Positions 36,426-45,390 of a stretch of DNA of 49,274 bases are shown piece by piece. The notes beneath the pieces were generated by a model, which was not told the origin of the DNA, searched no databases, and was given only the letters and a program-made list of their open reading frames with translations. The position numbers and the translations under genes are program-made. The number at the start of each line of letters is the position of its first letter. Within the stretch, counting starts at the first letter, position 1. Source of the stretch: a bacterium (lineage in GTDB: Bacteria; Patescibacteriota; Minisyncoccia; Ryanbacterales; GWA2-47-10b). Location: NCBI GenBank assembly GCA_027624915.1, contig JAQBTR010000004.1, positions 1 to 49,274 on the forward strand, in the 5' to 3' direction.

Positions 36426-38240
36426 ATGAAAAAAATAACAACAATATTAGCGGGATTCCTCTTCTTCGTTATGTTTGTTCTCGCGTTTTTCTCGTCCTAC
36501 GATGATTCGGTTATATTTGATGAAACCGCACATATCGGCGCTGGATATTCGTATATTACAGAATTTGATATGCGACTCAATCCAGAACATCCACCACTCT
36601 TCAAAGATTTAGCGGCTCTACCATTACTTACACAAAATCTTAACTTCCGAACGGATACCGACGCATGGCAAAACAAAGTAAATGGCCAATGGGATGCTGG
36701 GGGTGGATTAATTTTTGAATACGGTAACGATCCACAGAAAATAATACGTCTCTCTCGTCTACCCATTATGCTCATGAGTGTTTTAGTAGGATTTCTCTTT
36801 TTCTTCTGGGCACGAAGGCACTTTGGTAAACGTGTTGCATTACTTGGTGCGTTCTTCTATGCATTCTCTCCTACCGTTATTGCACACTCCCGTTTTGTCA
36901 CAACTGATATTGCGGCAGCCCTTGGATTTTTGATTGGTATATCAACATTTGTTGATTTTCTTGAAACGCGCTCAAAAAAACATTTAATTGTAGCTGGGCT
37001 CGCATTTGGTATAGCGCAAAGCCTTAAGTTTTCACTTTTCTTATTGGGCCCTATTTCTATCGTGCTTGCAATCCTTTGGGCCTATTCAAACCGAATGGAT
37101 ATAAAGAATTTTGGGAAGCTTGCAGGACAGGTTCTCTTGATCTTTATTATTGGAGCCTTACTTGTATGGCTTATCTATATCCCACATGTCTGGAACTACC
37201 CTCAAGAAAAACAACTCAGTGACGCGAAAACTCTCATCAGTACCTTTAAGGTAAAACCATTTGTTGATCTTGATTTGTGGCTCATCAAAAATGATTTCAC
37301 CCGCCCACTTGGTCATTACTTAATGGGCGTCATGATGGTCACACAGCGAACAGCTGGTGGTAACAGTGCATACTTCTGGGGCGAGGTTTCTGCCGATGGA
37401 TGGCCGCACTACTTCCCAATAGTATACCTACTCAAAGAAACCCTTGGATTTCATATCCTGACGCTCATGGCTCTTGTGCTCGCTTTCTTGCGCATCAAAC
37501 GCAAGAAAGAGCGTGGTAACGCTAGAGATTGGATTCGTAATAACTTTGCGCTCACGGCGACTTTATTCTTTGTTGGATTTTACTGGATTTTGACCATCTT
37601 TAACCCCCTCAACATAGGAATACGACATCTTTTGCCGATTTTTCCTTTTGTCTATATTCTCGTCGCGCGCGAAATTATTATATGGATTTCTGGAGGTGAA
37701 GCCTCTTATGGAAACCTGATGCAAACAATAAAATCTCTGTATAAAAACTTTGTAGCACCTGCTCCAAAAATTATGATTCTTGCGCTCATCATGCTTTGGA
37801 TATCTGGTAGTGTTCTTCTCGCCTTTCCGTTTTATCTTTCATACTATAACGAACTTGCTGGTGGAACGCTCAATGGGTACAAAATTGCGACTGATTCTAA
37901 CTATGATTGGGGTCAAGACCTAAAAAGACTTGCAAATAAACTAGAAATGGACTACCCAGAAGAAGACACTGTATACCTTCACTACTTCGGTGGTAGTTCA
38001 CAAAATAGTGGTGCACAACAATATTACCTAGGCGACAAGTTTAAGGCACACTATTCGAGCTTTGGACCACCACCATCCGGCTCACTCTTTGCTATATCTG
38101 TAAACGAACTCATGGGTCTCTGGGCAACACCAGTCGCCGGCTTCCCAGAACAAGAACCACAAAATAGCTACGAATGGCTCAAACCCTTAGAACCAATCGA
38201 CCGAGGCGGAACTTCAATCTTCATATACCGCATACCATAG
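36426..38240 (+). CDS. GT-C fold glycosyltransferase (GT39/ArnT-like), second paralog; start probably 36426
   Basis: IFDETAHIGAG, NPEHPPL, GIRHLLP and DSNYDWGQDL. Confidence 0.88.
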   Translation: MKKITTILAGFLFFVMFVLAFFSSYDDSVIFDETAHIGAGYSYITEFDMRLNPEHPPLFKDLAALPLLTQNLNFRTDTDAWQNKVNGQWDAGGGLIFEYGNDPQKIIRLSRLPIMLMSVLVGFLFFFWARRHFGKRVALLGAFFYAFSPTVIAHSRFVTTDIAAALGFLIGISTFVDFLETRSKKHLIVAGLAFGIAQSLKFSLFLLGPISIVLAILWAYSNRMDIKNFGKLAGQVLLIFIIGALLVWLIYIPHVWNYPQEKQLSDAKTLISTFKVKPFVDLDLWLIKNDFTRPLGHYLMGVMMVTQRTAGGNSAYFWGEVSADGWPHYFPIVYLLKETLGFHILTLMALVLAFLRIKRKKERGNARDWIRNNFALTATLFFVGFYWILTIFNPLNIGIRHLLPIFPFVYILVAREIIIWISGGEASYGNLMQTIKSLYKNFVAPAPKIMILALIMLWISGSVLLAFPFYLSYYNELAGGTLNGYKIATDSNYDWGQDLKRLANKLEMDYPEEDTVYLHYFGGSSQNSGAQQYYLGDKFKAHYSSFGPPPSGSLFAISVNELMGLWATPVAGFPEQEPQNSYEWLKPLEPIDRGGTSIFIYRIP

Positions 38241-38253
38241 GAGAGACTGACAC

Positions 38254-38395
38254 ATAAAAAGCATGTCAAAGGTTTTATATCATTCTCGCCCAGCCAGCGC
38301 TGGGCTCCGAGGCTTCAGCTCTTTTGCTTTGACTTACATCAAAGACCGTGCCAAAAGAGCCTCAGAACCCATAAAACAATTGACATGCTTTTTAT
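38254..38395. repeat. 142-bp MITE-like branched hairpin with 16-bp perfect terminal inverted repeats
   Basis: ATAAAAAGCATGTCAA (38254-38269) / TTGACATGCTTTTTAT (38380-38395). Confidence 0.7.
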
Positions 38396-38495
38396 TCTTG
38401 ACTGTCATGCTCTCCACACCCACAAAAAAATAGAAAGTAACTTTTGCACTTCTCGCTTGAGCTCCCAGCATCCTACAATCCGCGGTTGTGGTCAC

Positions 38496-38640
38496 TTTTG
38501 ATTGAGCGCTCCAGGTAACCACCACGGCTCCCCATCCCAACAAAAAATCACCCAGAACTATTTTATACTTCCGATTGAGCGGTTTATTTAACCACCTTCA
38601 CGGCAAAGATCGTATAAAAATGGTTCTGGGCGTTTTTTGT
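38496..38640 (+). repeat. Family A structured repeats: degenerate copy 5 and intact copy 4 in tandem
   Basis: TTTTGATTGAGCG (38496) with CGGC (38525); TTCCGATTGAGCG (38569), CGGC (38601) and GATC (38608) inside the 38540-38640 stem. Confidence 0.75.
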
Positions 38641-39453
38641 CTACCTATCGTATTCTATGAACCGATAAAAAATACGGTTACCGAAGCGAAGGTCGATGTA
38701 GTCTAGCTCATCGGCTTTTTCTTTTATTTCGTTGTCGAGGGTGAGTTGCATATTTTTATATGCCTCTTCTGGATCTGTATCCTCTAAGAGTCGAATTTCC
38801 CAACCAGCACGTGTCTCAGCGTGAAGTGTTGCATCCCTAGCATCAATCGCAAACTGCAAACTCTGTAGGTAATCATTCTCTTGCGCTCGTTCGTTAAAGA
38901 ATGTAATAAGTCTCATCATGCGTTGAGACATTTGTTTTTCACCCAGAGTAATCTCACGATCCCGCTCGTCAGTAATTTTAGGAACGATGGTGCCCGCAAA
39001 ATCTGGAGCCGATTGAAAGGCAACACCAGCCCTATCAATCCAATAACAATCCTCTGGTAGTCCCTGACACAAAACTCCCCATCCAGAATATTCTACAACC
39101 TCTACCGCAAGCTCGTGCGGCCAACTTCGTGTAATATGGACATCTTTTATTACAGGCGAGTGAGACTTGATGATGCTCGCGAGCCCATACTTACTCATCC
39201 ACATGATATCTTGTGGTATAACATATAACGCTTTCTCAGTAAGCGTACGCTCCAAAAATGAGCGCACATCATCTTCTTCTAATCTATCTGTCCCCTCAAT
39301 AGATATGGTCTCAATACGAAAATATGGAGAGTATATTAAAAATCCAAATAAACTACCAACAACCAAAAGAATTGGAAGCATCACGTATAAAGACTTAGCG
39401 ACCCTTCGCTTTTTGTGACGCTTGCTTGATGCTCGAAAACTCTTTTTACGCAT
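38641..39453 (-). CDS. FtsQ/DivIB-like POTRA-domain cell division protein
   Basis: Basic N-terminus, TM helix, FRIETISIEG...ITRSWPHELAVEVVE and LDYIDLRFGNRIFY. Confidence 0.8.
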   Translation of the reverse strand: MRKKSFRASSKRHKKRRVAKSLYVMLPILLVVGSLFGFLIYSPYFRIETISIEGTDRLEEDDVRSFLERTLTEKALYVIPQDIMWMSKYGLASIIKSHSPVIKDVHITRSWPHELAVEVVEYSGWGVLCQGLPEDCYWIDRAGVAFQSAPDFAGTIVPKITDERDREITLGEKQMSQRMMRLITFFNERAQENDYLQSLQFAIDARDATLHAETRAGWEIRLLEDTDPEEAYKNMQLTLDNEIKEKADELDYIDLRFGNRIFYRFIEYDR

Positions 39454-39454
39454 C

Positions 39455-40726
39455 TCAAGAAGTTTTACTTGGTATAGTATTAAATCCAGTATATTTCTGA
39501 AGAACTTCTGGTACTTTTATATAACCATCTTGTGTTTGGTATTGTTCAAGAATGTTAATGAGAATACGTGGGGATGCAATTGCTGTATTGTTGAGAGAAT
39601 GGGCAAATCTCATCTTGCCCTCACTATCTTTATACCTAATACCTAATCGTCTTGTTTGAAAATCATGAAAGTATGATGCTGAGTGCGTCTCTCCATATTT
39701 TTGCTGTGAAGGAACCCAGGTTTCTATATCATATTTTTTAACCTGTCCTTGTCCTAAGTCCCCGCCACAATTTAATACAACTCGGTAGTGAAGACCTAAT
39801 TTTTGTAATAGCTCTTCAGCATTAGCCGTTATTTCTTCATGTAAACGAACTGACTCCACGTGATCAGCCCTACATAAGACTACCTGTTCTACCTTCCAAA
39901 ATTCGTGTACACGATAGAGTCCTTTTGTATCTTTGCCGTGTGTGCCAATCTCACGTCTATAACACGCGGAGAAAGCCGCATATTTTTTTGGAAACTCTTC
40001 TTCTTTTAGTATCTCATCACGAAGCATACCCATAGTGGATACCTCTGAAGTACCAACAAGGCTCAAATCATCCTGAGTATGAAAAACGTCTTCTTTACCT
40101 TGTGGAAAATATCCCGTTCCTAAAAAGTTTGCATCTGTTGCAAGTGACGGCGTCGTTAATGCTGTAAATCCTTTTGCCCGAAGCTCTGACATTGCAAACT
40201 GCCACAGAGCCATAGAAAGAATCACTGCCTCATTTTTTAAAAAGTATCCTCTAAATCCAGCTACCTTTGTCCCTCTTTCAAAATCTGCCAAATCCAAGTC
40301 CTTGAGCAAAGTTATGTGGTCTTTGGGATTAGTGATAGCTGGTATGTCACCCACTTTTCGCACCTCAACATTATCAGCATCAGTCTTGCCATCAGGAACT
40401 GATGGGTCAGGAATGTTCGGGACCGCATACATAAGTACTTCAAATTCCTCATTCAGTTTTACGAGCTTTTCTTCACGATTCTTGAGGTCTGACTTAAGTG
40501 AACCTACTTCTTCTATAGATTTCTTTTTTGATTCTTCGTCTTCAATTTTAGCGATTTCAGCAGACGTGGCATTAAGCTGAGCGCGCATTGCCTCAACCTC
40601 AGTCATCGCCTCACGTCTTATCTTATCTAGCTCAACAAGCTTGTCTACATCAAAAACAAGATGCTTTTTGCGAGCAGCATCTCGTACAAGGGTCGGATTT
40701 TCACGGATAAATTTTATGTCCAGCAT
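39455..40726 (-). CDS. serS: Serine--tRNA ligase
   Basis: MLDIKFIRENP, LVGTSEV, YRREIG, RVHEFWKVEQ and HSLNNTAIA. Confidence 0.97.
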   Translation of the reverse strand: MLDIKFIRENPTLVRDAARKKHLVFDVDKLVELDKIRREAMTEVEAMRAQLNATSAEIAKIEDEESKKKSIEEVGSLKSDLKNREEKLVKLNEEFEVLMYAVPNIPDPSVPDGKTDADNVEVRKVGDIPAITNPKDHITLLKDLDLADFERGTKVAGFRGYFLKNEAVILSMALWQFAMSELRAKGFTALTTPSLATDANFLGTGYFPQGKEDVFHTQDDLSLVGTSEVSTMGMLRDEILKEEEFPKKYAAFSACYRREIGTHGKDTKGLYRVHEFWKVEQVVLCRADHVESVRLHEEITANAEELLQKLGLHYRVVLNCGGDLGQGQVKKYDIETWVPSQQKYGETHSASYFHDFQTRRLGIRYKDSEGKMRFAHSLNNTAIASPRILINILEQYQTQDGYIKVPEVLQKYTGFNTIPSKTS

Positions 40727-40763
40727 TCCCTCATTATACCGATTTTAGACCTATTTCCAAATA

Positions 40764-40791
40764 AAAATCCCTCGCTTTCGCGAGGGATTTT
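40764..40791. terminator. Intrinsic terminator
   Basis: AAAATCCCTCGC-TTTC-GCGAGGGATTTT. Confidence 0.8.
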
Positions 40792-40808
40792 CTTAACTCA
40801 AAATTTGT

Positions 40809-41270
40809 TTATTCGACGACCAAATTACCAATCATACCCTGAGCACGATGCGCACCAACACTACAGTAATACTCAAACGTACCTGTTTTGTCGGCAACAA
40901 ATTCTATAGATGTTGTGCCATCATCAACAGCAACTTGTTTTGTTGCTACACCAAATTCATCAATACTCCAGTCATGAAATCCAGAAGTACTCGAGAAATT
41001 AATAACAACTGTATCGCCCTTCTTGACCTTGATCTCGCTCATTGAAAAAGCGAAGTTGCGTCCCGTTACGTCAAAAACTTTCTTTTCACCCCCCTCCATC
41101 ATGGCATCGTCATCTTCCATCATGGCACCGTCGTCATTCATTGCATCATCATCCATTATGGCATCATCTTTGTTCTCCATGGCGTCTGGCGCCTCAGGCG
41201 AACTCGTTGTAAGAAAATAGATACCTCCTACAACCACTACTAATATTATTACCCCTATTAATGCTTTCAT
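40809..41270 (-). CDS. Membrane-anchored cupredoxin with a Met/Asp-rich linker (start moved to 41270)
   Basis: GFHDW and YYCSVGAHRAQGM give the H...C-X4-H-X4-M type-1 copper site. Confidence 0.88.
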   Translation of the reverse strand: MKALIGVIILVVVVGGIYFLTTSSPEAPDAMENKDDAIMDDDAMNDDGAMMEDDDAMMEGGEKKVFDVTGRNFAFSMSEIKVKKGDTVVINFSSTSGFHDWSIDEFGVATKQVAVDDGTTSIEFVADKTGTFEYYCSVGAHRAQGMIGNLVVE

Positions 41271-41346
41271 ACGATGTATTATCTTTATATAAGAAGCATT
41301 AGTCAACCAATACGAGTGTACAAAAAAGAGCACCCTTGTGGGGGTG

Positions 41347-41925
41347 CTACGCAACCATATTTTTTGTTTGTCCTAATTCGGTATCTAATGAAACGCCAGC
41401 AATAAACGGATGACGCAGTGTACGTTCTACTGCACGATACTCTGTTGTATACGGAAGCTCATCAATACGATGGAGCTCAACCATTCCTCGTTTTTCTGGG
41501 TTGGTACTAGCTACCGTTACCAGCTGTGACGTTGGATAGTTTTGTGTATCGTATACGATTCCAACATGTCTTGTAGCATTGGGTCCGATTGAACGCGACC
41601 TTACATATATAACAACATCGCCAAATGTGTATGGCATATCAGGATTTTTTTCTACCCATCCGCTCCAATTACAAAGATCTCTCTCAAGGCCATCTACGGT
41701 GAGATGCAGGGTCTGGCATGCTCGGACGTCCTTGCCACGAGGCCTCGGTTCCAAGACAATGGGAATCAAAACACTTGAAACAAAGAGGGCGCATTTGCGC
41801 AAGCCATTACCGGTCTGTTCTCGAACATCTCCCCTCTCGAGTCCGAAGACGTGTGGAGGGGCAATAGCTGATCTCGCATACATGTCAATCCAAGCGCGAA
41901 GGTTCTCATTTGGGAGAAGCTGCAT
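41347..41925 (-). CDS. Hypothetical protein with an NlpC/P60-like Cys-His pair
   Basis: KCALFVSSVL, FGDVVIY and RHVGIVY. Confidence 0.55.
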   Translation of the reverse strand: MQLLPNENLRAWIDMYARSAIAPPHVFGLERGDVREQTGNGLRKCALFVSSVLIPIVLEPRPRGKDVRACQTLHLTVDGLERDLCNWSGWVEKNPDMPYTFGDVVIYVRSRSIGPNATRHVGIVYDTQNYPTSQLVTVASTNPEKRGMVELHRIDELPYTTEYRAVERTLRHPFIAGVSLDTELGQTKNMVA

Positions 41926-41980
41926 AGCTAAAAACCTCCATTATTTTCTAGACGCACTATACACTAAAAATTGGATTGAT

Positions 41981-42802
41981 TCAACCCTCCTCGGTACACT
42001 GAATCAACTCAAGAGCCCCGTAGAGTCCTCCTATGTCACCGAGTTCAGCTAGCTTAAGCTCGGGTGTTTTAGGAAAAATCTTTACTAATTTATTTAGCTT
42101 ATCTTTAACTAAATCCATTGGAACATGTGGTGCCATTCCACCACCCAATACAATACATTCTGGAGACCAGAGAACAACAATGTTATTAAGGGCAGACGCA
42201 AGATGATTACAAATCTCATCCCATAACTTTGGGTCATCAATTTCTGATGCTCTCAATCCATATTTTTCTTTGAGCACCGTTCCTGAAATAAGTGACTCAA
42301 TTGTTCTTGGCTCACCATTTATTAGATCAACAATTTGGTGACCAGCCTCAAAGCCCAGATATGCGTGATCAGGCCTTCCGTCTACAATGCGAGCACCACC
42401 AACTCCAGTACTTATTGTTATATATGCAACTATACGGCAACCTCTACCTGCGCCTCGAACAGCCTCACCAACACCGACAACAACAGCATCATTTTCTAAA
42501 CGTACTGGCGCGTCAAGCTTTTCTGAAATATCATGCTTTAATTGTCTGCCAACCCAGTCAGGAAGATTGGGTGCATTAACTAAGCCATCATGATTTGGAT
42601 CAAGGGGTCCTGGAACTCCACCAGTTATTGTCTCTATCTTTTCACCAATTGCGATCTGTTTTGCAGTTCCTGTAAGGAGTGTCACTCCTTCGTCATAACG
42701 CTCTGGAGTACTCAGAATAATAGGATCCGCCGAAAACGTATGACAGTCTTTACTTCCTGCAACACGCATGTGTGACCCTCCAATATCAAAAAGTATGTGC
42801 AT
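41981..42802 (-). CDS. ROK-family sugar kinase
   Basis: FDIGGS, GVPGP, LENDA, ISTGVGG and EAGHQ. Confidence 0.92.
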   Translation of the reverse strand: MHILFDIGGSHMRVAGSKDCHTFSADPIILSTPERYDEGVTLLTGTAKQIAIGEKIETITGGVPGPLDPNHDGLVNAPNLPDWVGRQLKHDISEKLDAPVRLENDAVVVGVGEAVRGAGRGCRIVAYITISTGVGGARIVDGRPDHAYLGFEAGHQIVDLINGEPRTIESLISGTVLKEKYGLRASEIDDPKLWDEICNHLASALNNIVVLWSPECIVLGGGMAPHVPMDLVKDKLNKLVKIFPKTPELKLAELGDIGGLYGALELIQCTEEG

Positions 42803-42817
42803 TTAAAATAATAAACT

Positions 42818-42981
42818 GGTGTATAAATGAAAATTTGCTTTCGAAGCGACGATTTTATGATTTTTGCGAAGCGGAGTCAAAAAATATGAACTTAATGCCA
42901 GAGGTATTGGTGAGTATTTTTTGACAAACTGCAGCAAAATCATAGAATCTTGAGCTGAAATGATATTTTTAATTATACACC
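42818..42981 (+). repeat. Family C long hairpin, copy 2
   Basis: Core TGAACTTAATGCCAGAGGTATTGGT (42887-42911), 23/25 identical to copy 1; the outer stem includes the CBS gene's GGTGTATAA end. Confidence 0.75.
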
Positions 42982-43446
42982 CAGCAGTCTTATTGGCTTG
43001 AGGACATCAAACCTACTCACAACACCTACAACTTTTTTGTCTTCATCTATAACAGGAATTGGATTTACGCGGTGGTGGTCCCTAAATGCCGAAACCGTCT
43101 CCTCATAACTTGCATTTGGCATGAGTGTGAGTGGGTCGGGGTTCATAACATCGACCGATTTCAAATTAGCGATTTCTTTTACATCTTTCTGAAAATCCTT
43201 CGAGGACCCGTGTGATGTTTTTAACTGTCCCAGGATTTGTTGAAATGTTGGCAGGTGAATTGCCGAACCCTTACCAATCAAATCATATTCGGTAAGAATC
43301 CCAACAAGCGCGCCAGAACTATCCAAAACTGGCATACCATCAATACCATGTTCTGCAAGAAGTATAGCGGCCTCACTGATAGGAGTGTCTTCTTGCACCG
43401 TGATTACTTCCTTTGTCATTATGTCGCTAACTGTAACGTTTTCCAT
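42973..43446 (-). CDS. CBS-pair domain protein
   Basis: VSDIMTKEVIT...GMPVLD...GILTEYDL, then a second CBS motif. Confidence 0.92.
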   Translation of the reverse strand: MENVTVSDIMTKEVITVQEDTPISEAAILLAEHGIDGMPVLDSSGALVGILTEYDLIGKGSAIHLPTFQQILGQLKTSHGSSKDFQKDVKEIANLKSVDVMNPDPLTLMPNASYEETVSAFRDHHRVNPIPVIDEDKKVVGVVSRFDVLKPIRLLGV

Positions 43447-43456
43447 AAAAATTTAT

Positions 43457-45091
43457 TTAATCAGAACTGTAACAGAATGCGCCAACATCATCAGCACACT
43501 GCAAGCCAAAGATAATACCATCATCATCAAATTCTAAAGAGGGGTTGCCCTTGTCTTCCATATATGCTCGAACTACATAACCTTTCCCATCTCGTGATAC
43601 ATAATCATATTGATTGTCCCCCGGGTCTTCAGGAAGTACGTCTATAAACGTAGGTGTTAACTCGCCTGCCAAATTTGACCATCTCACAGATGAAGAGCTG
43701 CCGCTATGTAGCGGGAAGGAGCCGTTACTGTCGTAATAAAGTTCAAGAGCTAGGCGAACCCTAGCAATATCACCAGCGCGCTGAGCGTCCCGGCCTTTCT
43801 CACTCGCACTCCCAAATACTGTCGAAGAATCCTGACGTGCTGAGTCAAAAAATTCATCAAATGTTTTTGATTCCTCTGGTGCTTGTATATTGAGCTCTTT
43901 ATTAAAACTGGTGTAGGTGACATCAGATCGAATAGTATATTTAATCCCACCCTCAGTCGGGCTAAGCGCGTCTGGATCGTCTCCATACAGATCTTTGAAA
44001 TTTAAGTCTACACTTATATCTGTAGAGACTCGCAATGGTAACACCTTTGACTTATCTATCCATATTTCCATGGAATTAATGTGTATTGCATCAATAATTT
44101 TCTCTTGTAGTAAAATGGCGTCTGGGTCCTGTTCAAGAAGAGCGCTCTCCTCGTACACAAGTTCCATGAGTTCTTTATATAAACCCTTTAAAGCATCCTT
44201 ATCAAGCTCAATGGAGTAGTGAAATGCTCCTCTGGAACCAACGGCATCACTACCAAGACGATTCACTGACTTAATAAGATTGTATTTCTGGACAAGCTCT
44301 ATGGCATCAATATTGAAACTTGGAATATCGTTTGGTGTTATACCGAGAGCTTCTCCTCCCTCAAGGTCAGTAATATCCAGACGAATCCAACTATCCTCGA
44401 TGCTGTCAAATCCAAAAATATCAAAGATACTTGGTAAATCTAATTGCATATACACCATCTCTCCCATTCCTATGAGTGACACTCCGCCTGAGGTTGCAAA
44501 TTGAAAATCATCACTACCCATTTTTGCATCTACCTTACCATTCATAGTGTAGGCAATATTTTCTTGGTCGTGTCTATCGTATGAACCATCCATGTTTATT
44601 GAAAATGTTCCTGGGCCATAGAGAGATTCGAGACCTAATGAATCGCTAGAGGTCTCTTCGTCACCAGGATTATATTCAAACTCAACATTTACAGTCCCTT
44701 GATATTCCATCGAATCCACCTTGGACAAATTAATTAAAGCTTCTGTTACAAGACTTTCTGGACTCTTTAGATAGTCGGTATAAAAATATCCATAACCTGC
44801 GGCAGCACTTGTTGCCAATAGTAGCAAAACTATTACTAAAAGTATCTTGCTTTTATTACCACTTGAGTTTGAGTGTGTTGTTGACTGTTGTGAACTAGGA
44901 ACACCGAGTGGTGGCGCTATTGGTGGAGGTGCTGCAGGAGATGGTGTTACTGGTGGTGGCACTACTGGCGGAGGTACAACAGGAGGTAGTGACACTGGTG
45001 GAGGTAAAGATGTTTTCTGACCTTCATTACCAGTATCTGGCTGCAAAACATTACTCTGACCGATTTGTGCTCGGTATGGATCTTGGTTCAT
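43457..45091 (-). CDS. Membrane protein: Pro-rich N-terminus, TM helix, beta-rich domain, C-terminal pilin (GspG-like) head
   Basis: PPPV repeats; KGRDAQRAGDI..VRLALELYYDSNGSFP...LPEDP...YDY. Confidence 0.75.
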   Translation of the reverse strand: MNQDPYRAQIGQSNVLQPDTGNEGQKTSLPPPVSLPPVVPPPVVPPPVTPSPAAPPPIAPPLGVPSSQQSTTHSNSSGNKSKILLVIVLLLLATSAAAGYGYFYTDYLKSPESLVTEALINLSKVDSMEYQGTVNVEFEYNPGDEETSSDSLGLESLYGPGTFSINMDGSYDRHDQENIAYTMNGKVDAKMGSDDFQFATSGGVSLIGMGEMVYMQLDLPSIFDIFGFDSIEDSWIRLDITDLEGGEALGITPNDIPSFNIDAIELVQKYNLIKSVNRLGSDAVGSRGAFHYSIELDKDALKGLYKELMELVYEESALLEQDPDAILLQEKIIDAIHINSMEIWIDKSKVLPLRVSTDISVDLNFKDLYGDDPDALSPTEGGIKYTIRSDVTYTSFNKELNIQAPEESKTFDEFFDSARQDSSTVFGSASEKGRDAQRAGDIARVRLALELYYDSNGSFPLHSGSSSSVRWSNLAGELTPTFIDVLPEDPGDNQYDYVSRDGKGYVVRAYMEDKGNPSLEFDDDGIIFGLQCADDVGAFCYSSD

Positions 45092-45125
45092 AAATCTTAT
45101 TTCATCGATTCGATAATAATATTAT

Positions 45126-45263
45126 CTATAGTGTACCGCGCTGTACTCCCTCCATACAACCTATAGTCATGCGAAACGCTTTAAGGCTCCATATAGCAGT
45201 AATAAAAAGAAGGCTAAAAGTTGCGAGTCCAAAAATATCAAAAAAATCTGCTAAATAGTTCAT
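45126..45263 (-). CDS. Possible 45-aa hydrophobic ORF (MNYLADFFDIFGLATFSLLFITAIWSLK...)
   Basis: Manual translation; may be a gene remnant. Confidence 0.25.
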   Translation of the reverse strand: MNYLADFFDIFGLATFSLLFITAIWSLKAFRMTIGCMEGVQRGTL

Positions 45264-45319
45264 AGATTTATTATAAAGGCTTGTCTATAATAAGAAAACC
45301 TGTTATAGTCTTTACTTAC

Positions 45320-45390
45320 GGGCCTGTAGTTTAGTGGTAAAACGACCCCCTTGCACGGGGTAGCTCGGAGTTCGATTCTCCGCAGGTCCA
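45320..45390 (+). tRNA. tRNA-Ala (anticodon UGC), CCA not encoded
   Basis: GGGCCTG/CAGGTCC acceptor with G3:U70, ACCCC-CTTGCAC-GGGGT anticodon arm, TTCGATT T loop. Confidence 0.96.

Noticed and set aside
13974-38640. Family A as a hammerhead ribozyme, known riboswitch or CRISPR-like repeat-spacer unit
   Set aside because: CYGAUUGAG resembles the hammerhead CUGAUGA, but there is no conserved GAAA. The inner segments are related to each other rather than unique spacers, and no cas genes are present.
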